A DNA stretch of 64,000 nt, taken from positions 1 through 64,000 of the forward strand of contig JAAILG010000237.1 in NCBI GenBank assembly GCA_012026655.1, written 5' to 3'. The position numbers and the translations under genes are program-made. The stretch comes from Hydrolagus affinis. Lineage: Eukaryota. The notes beneath the pieces are model-generated. The model did not search any database, was not told the DNA's origin, and saw only the letters and a list, made by a program, of their open reading frames with translations. Shown here in pieces: positions 23,078-35,000 of this stretch; position 1 is the stretch's first letter; each line of letters starts with the position of its first letter.

Positions 23078-26000
23078 ATGGCCCCCTCCACAGAATTCAC
23101 CATTCTGCTTGTATTGTTCCTGCATCTCACCGGTGGGCACACAGTCACCAGCTTGTCTGATCGGAAATCCTGTGCAGATCCCCAATGTGCAAGTGAGTGT
23201 TTTATTGACTGTAATACACACCGCCTGTTGGCTGCTGCTGTTTATTTTACACACACACACACACACACACAGTTAGTTTACAACAACAACTTGCATATAT
23301 CTGGAACAGGACAGGGTGTGGGACTGGGTGTTTTTGTGGTACTCGAGGGTGTTTAAGTGTTACTTCATAAAGGGCCTTTTTTGATTCCATGTGATGTCTC
23401 TTTCCACACACAGTGTCAACTGGATTATCACCCAGTCACACAGAAAAAAAAACCATAATCGGATTTGTTTTCTTTACCGGTAACCACAAAAGTACAAAGT
23501 TCACTGTTTATAACTGTGTCTACATTTAGGATTTTCTAAAAACATGAAATAATGTTTGCGCGAATTAACTCCCCCCTCCCCCCCACCACGCATACACACT
23601 CACTTCATCTTGTTTTGATTTATGTTATGTTCCGTTCTGCTCTTGTTATTCCTTCTCCTCAGGGCTCCTAGGCAGGGTACAAGCTTCCGTGGACTACAAA
23701 GGCCCAGACTGCAGATACCTAACCTACAAATCAGGAGAATCCATAGACGTATATTGGAAACTAACTGGGGAAAGAAATGACTTGTGGGCTGGCAGTGTAA
23801 GTGGTGTATTCCACATGCCTTTTATTCTCCCCTTTCATTTGTGGTTCATAATTTGGGTATTTCTGCACCCTCAATACTTTGTGCTTTTCTGCAGGTATCT
23901 AAACTTCCTTCCCAATTGACTGGTTGATCACATTTAAGATAGTGTAAAAAATGTTTTCAATAGTTTCAGTGTTCAGGCGTGCCTGTCTCTTAACTAGGTC
24001 TAGTTATATCAGTGACAAAGTCCATTAACCATTCTTTACTGCTTCAATAAAAAAAAGCATGATTCATTCCACCAGCACAACACAGTGCTTTTCTATCATT
24101 TCTATTTAAATGTGTTTTTTTTTGTACAGATCCTAAATTTACTTTACAATGACTCCTCTCTTGTTTTTTTAGATAGGAAAACAATTTGGGTATTTTCCAA
24201 AAGATACAGTTCAAGTTGAAGAAATCTTTGTATCAAACGAAAAAGAATTCTCTACTGAGGTAAACGGGAAAGTGTTTTCCTTAAATTCTACATGTTGTTC
24301 AACATATTGTATCCAAGATTGCTATTGCTTTGTAAGTAATGTACCTGTACAAATATTTTGAAAGCATCCGCCTTTAGGCCAGAGCAAAGTGTTCAAATGT
24401 GTTTTATTGTGAAACACAAGTCTATGTTAATATCCACACCATACTTTAAACTCTACTTTTAAGGCTTTTCTGATACCCAGGTGGGAAAAAAAAGTTACTG
24501 CCCATTCATATTCAATTGTAGGCATATGGGATACCAGGCTTTATAAATAGGGGTATAGAGCACAAAAGTCAGGAAGTGCTGACTAACCTCTATAAAACTT
24601 CGGTGGCCTCAGCTGGAGTACTGTGTCCAATTCTGGTCACCACACTATGGAAAGGATGTTAAGGCATTGAAAAGGGTGCAAAGAAGGTTTACTAGAATGG
24701 TACCAGGATTGAGGGACCTCAGGTATGGGGAAAGGCTAGATATGCTAGGTTTATTCTCTTTGGAACAGAGAAGGTTGAGAGGAGACCTAATAGAGGTTTA
24801 TAAAATCATGAGGGGATTCGACAGGGTGAATAAGGAAAAACTGTTTCCACTGGTGGGCAAATCTGTGACTTAAAATAGTTTCAAAACGAAGCAGAGGGGT
24901 GCTGAGGAGAAATTTTTTCACTCAGCGGGTTGTTCGAATCTGGAATGCATTGCCTGAAAATATGGTGGAGGCCGATTCGATAACAGCTTTTAAAAGAGAA
25001 TTAGATCTTTATCTAGGGAGAACAGATCTGTTAGGTTATGGTGAGAGAGCTGGGCAGTGGGTTGCTCTTTTCAAAGAGCCGGCACAGACTAGATGGGCCG
25101 AATGGCTTCTTTTTGTGCCGTAAATGTCTATGATTCTATGAATTGCTGTCCTAAAATTTGCCCTTTTAAATAATCTTAAATATATTTACATTGTTGCCTG
25201 TTCCTACCTTCGGACAAATGGCAGTACTCAGACAGAAAGAACCAATGAACAAAAAGTTGCTTGTGTATTTAAAAGTGTAAACTAAAAACGCAACAAATAT
25301 TTCTTTCAGGAAAGTGATTTCCTTTGCCTTCAAGATGGTGAATATTTCAGTGTAAGTGACCCATCTAGTGAAAAACATGGAGAAAGTAAGTTCTTAAGCC
25401 AAGAAAAACTAACCACAGAAAGACATGAATCTGAATACGTCAGCAACAATGCGGATGACAAAGGTAATTCTGCCAACGATGATCCCATGGACAGTTTAAT
25501 TAATCTTTCTCAGGATGACAATTTTGAAGGAGCACATCACGCTGTTGATGGCACTGAGTTAGGAACAAACTATGGTAAAGAACACATTCAAAAAAGTGTA
25601 ACGCATTCTGAGAATACAGAAACAAGTGAATTTATTTCATCAGCTGACCATCTTGTAAGTGAAGAGAGTGATTTGAAACTGAACAATGTCAATGAACCCA
25701 GCTTAGTAACAGGAAGTAAATCTGTGAATAGCGATGCAAAGATTGAACAGGGAGAGGAAGAATTCAGCACAGAGGCAGGTGTTTTTTCTGAAAGTGGGGC
25801 AGAATCCAAATTAAACAGGCAAACAGGATCTAATTGGGTTGGATCTAGAATTATAGGGTGGTTTGGTTTTAAAGATAACCTGGATGAAAAAGCTGAAAAA
25901 CCCACTGACCAGGCTTTGGAGTTAAACTCCTTTAAAAGCCGAAAACTTGCCCTGGATGATGCTGCAGAGCGCGAAATGTCAGAAGCAGGAAGAGAGTACG

Positions 26001-29000
26001 CCATTGATCAAGGCAAAGCAGGCTCTGATTATGAAAATTCCGGCTGGCTTGGTCTGTCAAAATTGTTAACTTTCACCAGTGGCACTTCAGACCCTGCTTC
26101 AACCATCCATAGTGATGAGGAACCAGACAAACACGATATTGTTGACACATATTCCATTAATGACTCACCTGACCAAAGTGATGCTGAGGTACCCAACCTG
26201 GAAGGGAATATGCCTAGTGATTTAATGTCGGGTGAGTTCAGTGTGAAAGCCAGCAAGCCTCCTCTAGAAAGAGAAAGGAGCACTGATGGAAATGATGAAG
26301 AAAATCCTGGGTCTATGTTGAGGTGGTTTGGTAATAAATTGGGGTTTGGTCAAACTAACAAAGCTGAGCTGTCAGATTCATCGGAAGAAGCAGAACCTAT
26401 TGCTGAAGAAAATGGGATGGATGATGATGGTCTAAATTCCTGGTTTGGCTTTAACACGTTAAGTGGTGCACTTAAATATGGTGAAAACAATGCAAAGCAG
26501 GCTTCCGAGATGGCAGAAGAAGTGCCAAGTATTGATGCAGGCAGCAAGGAAAATGCAATAGACGGTGACAGGCCAACCTCAGGATGGTTTGACTTTAGTT
26601 TGAGTGAAACATTTGGGTTTGGTAAAAACAATGAAGATCAGGCCACCACTACACAAGAAGAAGCAAAAAATGTTGGAGATAATAAGGAAAAATCAAAGGA
26701 TGGGTCAAAAATGAAATGGTTTTTATCTAGTGTGACTGGTCCATTGGAGTTTGACCAAATTGATGAAGAGCAACCCTATTCTGACCCACTGGAAGAAACT
26801 GAGAAAGTTAATGATGAAGATATCAGAGAACGTACTATAGATACAGATCCTGAACAAGGTTTTGATCCACATCAAGAAAAACGAGCTATGAGTAATAAAG
26901 AAAGAAAGCAGCTTGATTCATCCATGCACAAAGGCATTGATCCATTAGTAGATCCACATCTATGTACGAAGGACAAAGGTATTCACTGCCAGTCAACAGG
27001 TGTGCAGCAGTCCATAAAGAAGGAATATGAAAAGATCCAGAGTGAAAATCAGCAGTCATTATTTTCCCCAATTGGTTTAGAAAACGGTCTTAATATTGAG
27101 AGCAAATCATCAAAGTTCCAAGATTTTAGTGAATTAAATGGCCAGAAGGTAGAATCGATGCACGAAAAGCTACATGATGAAAAACAATGTTCACAAAAAC
27201 ATTTGGTATTTAGTTTGGAATACAAGCAGTGTGTTTTAGATGACAGTGACTCTCCAAAACCAAAACATGCGGATAATAAAAAACAGAATTTAGAAGAACA
27301 CTATTTGTCTTCACATCCAGCGCAGCAAACCTTTATTGATGTCAGTGAACCTCTGGTAAAGGAAAAGTTGCCGAATGGAAAACACATTTTACAGGAACAC
27401 AATATTGCACCAGACCTGGAATCCAAGCAAAAAGAAGAGCAGATAATAACAAACTCAGGCTCAGAGCAGTTTACCTCAACCAATGTTAACCAGCACCTGC
27501 CAGAGGAAAACTTGAATTACTCGCTAAAAAATCCAACTTTAACGTCAACTAACAAACAGCATATGATTTCACATAATGATAAGATTGTACCCCAGAAACA
27601 AGCCACAAGTGATGAAGTGCAACAGTTCAATGCTGAATTCGATGCTATTTCACAGCAAGCCTCACCCTCTGCACCAGATGAACTGCACAGTGAAGGAATC
27701 AATTTACAAGGAGAACGTTTAACGGACAAAGGTTGCATTTCAGACCGTTGCAATAATTTGCTTCAGAAAGATAAAGAACAACTTTTGGAGGAAACGATTA
27801 TACCGAGTGCCGAATATAAACATGTCCTGACTTCACAGAGTGCCGATTCATCACTTGCAGGAATGTGGTCTGCTGGAAGTCTCGGAGAACAAGAAAAACA
27901 AATTTGTAGTCAAGAAGCTCTGAGGAGTAATGTACTATCGACTTCAAATTCAGAACAATTTTCTGCTTCTGATCACATTGTACCATTGTCACACCAAGAG
28001 GAAAAACAAGTTCCACTGAAACAACATTTAATATCAAGTTTAGAATCCAACCCATCTGATTCAGATTACGCTGGAACTGCATCACAGCAAGCCTTGCCCG
28101 AAGCAGAACACAATATCAATGAGCATCACTTATCCTCAACATCACAATTGAATGAGGTTGTTTCGGATGCTTCACAGAAAAAAATATGCGACACTCGAGA
28201 CATGCAACAGCATGCCCCATTTGGTTCAGAATCGGACCAATTTACCATGACAGATCCTGATAAGCATGTGATGCCACGGGAATTGCAAGAAACATTACAG
28301 GCAAATTTGTCAAAACATCTCCAATCTGAGCAGTTTACCGATTCAGATGAAGACCAACCTTTGTTTCAGGAGAAACCTGAAGGGTCCAATGAAGGATCTG
28401 ACTTGCAGGCCCAGAGCTCGGCAGCCGAATTAGAATCCGAATTGCTTACTATTGTTGATAACACTGAGCAAGTACTGCAGGACACATCACAACACGAGGA
28501 ACACATTTTGCCAGATGACTTATCATCAAATTTAGAATCCATACAGTTTATTGTTACCAATGGTGGTGCAGCTAACCCGCAAGAACATTCTTTCTATCCA
28601 CATGAAAAGACAGAAGAACACACAGCAGGATCAGAAACAAACATTGCAGCTATAGAGCCTTTGTCACAGAAAGGAACAATTGAATCAGAAGTCAGCATTC
28701 CAACAGAAAATGCTGGTAAACAAAACAGTTTACAACAATCTATGGAACATGAATCCTTGGCAGGTCTCCATGAGCTGGTGGATGCCATTGTTTCCGAGAA
28801 TATGCATTTTCTTGGAAAGGATTTTATAAACGATGATGAAACTGGAACTAAAGACCTAATCCCAGTGCCGCTTGATGAAGCTGCACCGGAAAACTTCAGT
28901 TACAGCGAGACTGGTACCGATATAGCAACTCAGCCATCCATGCATTCTGCTTCCACACATCTAGGGAAAGACAATTCAGAAAATCATCCTGAAAAGCCTC

Positions 29001-32000
29001 ATGAAAATGAAGACATTGGGAAATCAGATATAGATGCCGCTAGTGAAAATGTTGCCCAAATTATTTCTGCAAGTGCAGAGACTGATCCTGACAATGTGGC
29101 TGATCGAGAAACATCAACATTAAGAGACGCTGAACTCAAAGACCACCAAGCTGCCTGGACATTTCATTCTCCTTTGGAAAAATCCAAATACCAGCTTGAG
29201 AAACGTAGCGCAACAGACCCATCATCTGATAGTACTGATTTGTTCAGTGATCTTACATTGCTGATGAAACAAATGACTATTGAACAGATTCAGTATTTGG
29301 AAATGTGTCTTGGAAAAGCCAAGCTGTCTTGGCTGAAAGACATTTTTTCCCAATTGGAGAATGAGACAAGCAGCAATGGTTACAATGACATTATTCAAGA
29401 AATAGTCACTTTTGAAGATAATGTTTTGAAACACAAAGTCACAAAGTGTAGAGTAAAAGGTGAAGATTCTGAGCATAGGATGGTGGAATGGCAATATACT
29501 GAAGGCACAGATGCATTTCAAAATCTACAAGATATTCTAACTGCCATCAAAACGAAATACACTACAAATGTCTCTAATCCAAGCATTACCAAAGGTATTG
29601 GCCATTGACTTTATTGGAAGTAATACAGATACTAAGATGCTTGTTTTTTTTTAAGAAGACCAACCATTATTTATTTTACTTGTATTCAGAGGGTTTTTTT
29701 TGTGTTTGATTTTGTGCTCATCAATTATTCCTGAAGAGAACAAAACACTTTTCTTACTTTGTGAACTCAAACAGTTATAATAGAGTAAATCTCCCAAAAC
29801 ACTGACCCAATAACATGCTTTGAACTCGACCTCCCAGGCAGATTGATCAGCAACCATTTATTTTTCCACTGTGCACATTTGCAACCCCTGTTTTTTCATT
29901 GTGATATTTATTGCCAATTCAGTGCCAAATTTGTACAAATTATGCACACTGCGCATGTCTCTTGTTCAAGCACTATCAAAACTCTAGGCAATTGACTTCA
30001 TTCGGATTTCCTCCTTCCCATGTTCTCCCTTCCTTACATGAGATTGGTGACTTTTACCGTGCCATAGTTTGACAAGTGCCAACAACCCTTCAGTACCTCA
30101 CCACATAAGGTGATGCCTCCACACACACATGTATACTTGAACTCGTCAAGAGGGAGCATCAAAATGAAAATAATAAGGAAAACCTGAAAGATCCCCTCCC
30201 ACTCCAGTAGCCCAATATTTTGCATTCCCCACTGACCCTCAAACTGAGATCAGCTTGCTCATCACTGACCAATGATCAAACATTGGACTTTCCTGAGCCA
30301 ATATGTACTGGCTCATCACCCCACTAGGTGAGACATTTACCTGCTGAGCTGCTGGGGGAGTTAGCTGGTAGTTTAATATTAGTTATACATCCATACATGC
30401 TTGGTGTTTGAAATACAGTATCTGGAAAGTCCTTATTTAAATAATGTTACAATTCATTAGGAAGCTGATGTTGATCACATTGTTCGGAGAGTCAATGGTA
30501 GTCAATTGGATGGTTGATGCCTGTTTATTCCTCTTACTCACAGATAGATGACTTCAAGAGATAACAAGGTTAAATATAGTACCTATTTTTGATACAATAT
30601 GTAACTATTTGCTACAATAATAATCCATAATAATCATCCTTGCAATTAATATAGCACTTTTCACAACTTCTAGATGTCTCAAAACTTTTCACACAATATA
30701 CTGCAAAGTGAATTGCCTGTATATTTGTGGATGAAATGCGGCAGCCAATTGCACACAGCATTGTTCTACAAACAGTTGTGGATTGAAGTGAACAACTTGT
30801 TACTGCTTTTTTTTCTTGAGGGATTATTTTCAGGTATGTGGAGTAAGGAAACATACCTAAGGTTGCACTTGATATAGTGCTTTATCATGTTGAAATATCT
30901 CACAATAATTACTGTCAAGTGCAGTATCTAATTTGAAGAATTGGTAGCCAGGATAGCAGGGGAAAGTCCTTTCTGTTTTTGAGTAGTGCCATTCTATAAT
31001 ATTCAGCTGAATAGGCAGACAAAGATCTATAGCAAGAGACAACAAACACTTTCATTCTTTATTTTGCAGACACTTACAGTTCAGGAGACATTTCTGACAC
31101 TGGTCTTCATAACAGTGAACAGAAATTAGAAAAAGGTGAGGATGATTGGATGAGGCATGATGTGCAGTTGGCTAAAGAGATGCAAAACGTTAAACAGTCA
31201 ACGGATCAGGAGAAAGTAACTATCAGTGATGACATTCAGGAGGGTATGGAACATACATTGGAAAATCAACTGTATCAGGATGCACACAACACAAACCAAG
31301 AGAGAAACATTCTTGATAAGACAGACCAAGCAGATGTTATCACACAAGACAAGCAAATGCTCTTGCAAGAGTTCGATGAAGAATTTGGAAAAGAATCAAA
31401 AATTACAAATGTGATAGATGGAATGGAAGCTGCTCATGTTAAAGGTAAACATGATAGCTGAAACAGGTTGTCTTGCAGGCTTTTTTTTAAGTTAAGTTAC
31501 AAACAAGTTGAAACATTTGATTTACTTGTCATTTTACCTTTAACACAGAACAGAAAAGAAATCCTGAGATAAATACCATCCGCACACTGAGGAAGGAGCT
31601 TGATGTTTACGCACAATTCATCTGGGCATTTATTGACCATTTCATCGAAAAAGTGAGTAGCATACCATGGGAAATGGAAGAGAGTTTGTCAGTATTTGTT
31701 ATCATCATATATGAACATAACTTATTTCTGCATTGATTTGATGGTACTGTATATTGTCTGAAGACTACTATGTATGTAATGTATACTAGAGTATACTCTA
31801 AATTTCTTGTCTAATTTTCTTTCCTTGCCCATTCTTCTTTAAAATTGTGCTAGGTAGGTAGAGTTCCCCACCAACTAGAAAGCCTTCAATTCTTGAAAAG
31901 GTCATTCTTTATATGTAAATTCAGATCCTGGAACTGTCCCACTGCACAGCATCCTGTTGATCTGATCCACCTTCCAAACATGCAGTTGGCTTTGCATTGA

Positions 32001-35000
32001 GTTATTCTTCCAGCAGGGGTCATTGAATAATATCGGTAATCAGAAACTGGGAACTTGCTTAGATTTTTCCTTAGTAACCAAGGAAAATGGAGGTCAATTG
32101 TCATGTCTGTTCGTCACTCTGAGTGTTAACAGCCACTGAATAGAGACCAGAGATCTTCTTGGCCTTATGCCATTGACGAAGTTAGGATTTTTAACTACAG
32201 TATTTTATTTAAAGATCTTTTTACATTTGAAGGGAAATTAAGTCTCATTTGTAATTGTGAGTGGAATGGAAGGTCATTTACTGCTATACTTTTGACATTA
32301 TCAAACTGAGACATGCTCCAGATATCACTTTTGATGATTAGACCCTCAATGTTGTTTCTCGTCTTTGTGGAATGATAATGCAACGGGGGACAGAACGTTC
32401 CTGTTGCAGACACTCTCTGCGCTTTAAAACGTGTCCAAAATTGGAAAGGTTTTGTATCTTTTATTTTGTTGTTCGTTTTAAATATACCAGCATCAATAGT
32501 GATTGTAACACAATATTCACAAATTAATTCACAAATTTGTGAAAATATATTTGTTGCCAGACTGTTTCTCTAAATTCACTAATCCAGGAAGTGCTTGTAT
32601 CAGAAATGTTTTCTTACAAGCATCATCCCTTTTAAGAATTTTAACTAACTCATTTTCAGTAATCTAAAATTACAATTCCCAATGCACTACAACATTGACA
32701 AAAAAACGAATTATGTATTTATTACACTTTTACCAGTTCTATTGAACTGTTGTATAAACATTTAACGTTTGTCCACAACTAACTGGTTGATCTCCAGTAC
32801 AGCACCCTGTATTCTGTGCTGGAAAGTACATGTGTTTACATGAATGTCTGGTGAGAACAAGATCAGCCTTGGCTGTATTGAATAGTCTGCCAACTTATTG
32901 TGGCAGTTCACACATAAAGTTTGGCAACATAGCAAGAGGGTTGCTGGCACTTGCACAGCCTGATGATAAATTCAATTCCTGCAGGATAGTAGGAAGGGAA
33001 ACATAGTTTTTAAAAGCTTATAATTGTGGATAAAGGCTCATTAAACCAATAACAACTTACATTTCTTGGCTTAATTGCTAAAAATTTAAATTGTTTGAGT
33101 TGTCTCGACAATGTGATAGGGCATTGTATCAAATGCAAAGATTATTAATAGAATATACAATACCTCAAAAGTGAACTTTTATCCGGTTAACCTTGGTTAC
33201 AGCAAACTATCCAATGGAGCTATAATCTTTGAGCAACAGAAGGCTCACAGATGTAATCATTTCTTACAGAATGTAATGTACTCTATCTTTTAAGATATTA
33301 GCATAATATGCTAAGTAAAACAGACTTTAGATTATTGGAAAATGTCTGAACATTTTATTAAATTTTCATATATTATAGATATTTGAATGCCATTTGAATC
33401 TTGGCATTCCAATTGATTTATGTAGAATGTTTCTGCAGGTTTATGTGGTGTAAACTGGTGTAATGACTTATACGATTCAATTTTGCCACTGTTTTTATTC
33501 CCTAGACATTTCAATCGCCATACGCACTGTCCTCACCCAAGTCTTACTGTATAGCTGCACTGCAGGGATAATTTGGGCCTTGTATCTGGTCAAACAGAGT
33601 AAATCTATTTGAAAAGGGCCTTCAGTCACACACATTGTGGAGTCCTGTAGCTCAGTGGTTGGAGCACTCGTCTTATAAGCGTGAGACCTGTGTTCGAATC
33701 CTGGCAGGTCAGGGCAAAACCTTGCGCAACTTTCTTTACTCCACGAGCCTAATAATAATCCCTCCAGAAAAAAATGCAACAATAAAATTGGTAATTTCAA
33801 TCCACAACTGTTTGTGGGACAATGCTGTGTTGGCTGCCGCGTTTTGCCCACCAATAGTCAATTTACAGTACGTTCTGTGAAGCGCTTTGAGACGTCTAGG
33901 AGCTGTAAAAAAAAGCGCTCTTGGCTTGTTTCAAGAAATACCAAGAAACCACTGAACTTTTAAGAAAAATCCCCAAATACCTTTTGATTTTAGCTCCACA
34001 CGCCTAATAATAATTTTCTCTTCACCTTGAGTGTTGGATTGCCAGACAAACACTGCACAGTTTATCACCGCTTGACCTTCAAAACTTTCTCAAAGGTCAG
34101 ACTCATCTTATCCTCTGGCAGCTCGACCATGATATGCTATTTATACTCAACGAGAGAAGAGCCAATTACAGTATCTGTTTAACAGTTTGGTTTTATTTCA
34201 GCGGAGATGATAGACAAGAGAATTCTCAATAAAATAGTCTTCAACTCGTATAAAGAAATAACATGTCATACAATTGGATGACTCACTCCCTCTCTCCCTT
34301 ACTCTATTCCCTCTCACGTTAATCTCACTCACTTACTTACTCTCAAACCCCTACTTTCTTTCGCTCCTTTCTCACACACTCTCCTGTGTTTCTTCCTCTC
34401 TCCTCTCCCTCACTCTCTTTCTCCCCCCCACACCTCTGTTTCACTCACTCATTCTATATGCTGTCACCGTCTCACTCACTCACTGTCACCTCTCCTCTCA
34501 TCCTCTCGTCTGCCTCACTCCCTATATCGTCTCTCCTTTAACCTCACTCCCTGTATCATTTCATCTCTCCTCCCTCTCTCCCTTGTCTCTCGCCCTCCCC
34601 TCTGTCTCACTCCCTTCTCCCCTCTCCCTCACTCCCTATTTCACCCTCCCCTCTTCCTCACTCCCTCTCTCTCCCTCTCACCCTCTCCACTTCCTCACTC
34701 CCTCTCTCACTCCCTCCCCTCTCCCCCCTGCCCCACTCTCCCCTTCCCCACTCTCCCTCACTCTCCACTATCGCCCTTTGACCCGGAAGCCCAGTGGTTC
34801 CCGATGGCGGTGTTTGTCGGTGGCCGGGGTGAGGGACTGTGAGGCGGTGACCGGCCCGAGCATCCCCTCCCCTCCCCTCCCCGGGGTTTATGGAGACCCC
34901 GAGCCGAGGCCTATCCGTGTCCTGAGCCCAGCTCCTCTGACGACACTCCCCCCCCCCCCCCCTTGTCTGTGTGTCCGCAGGTGGCGGCTCGGATGGCGGA

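Noticed and set aside
25487-29608. 1373-aa ORF as a standalone gene or as MIA3/TANGO1
   Set aside because: It splices in frame to the upstream SH3 exons; PNN/FBXO33 synteny, WFG motifs and the HNF1 promoter indicate MIA2
30461-30570. Possible small MIA2 exons in intron 4
   Set aside because: The obvious acceptors give immediate in-frame stops; exon 4 joins 31070 in phase without them
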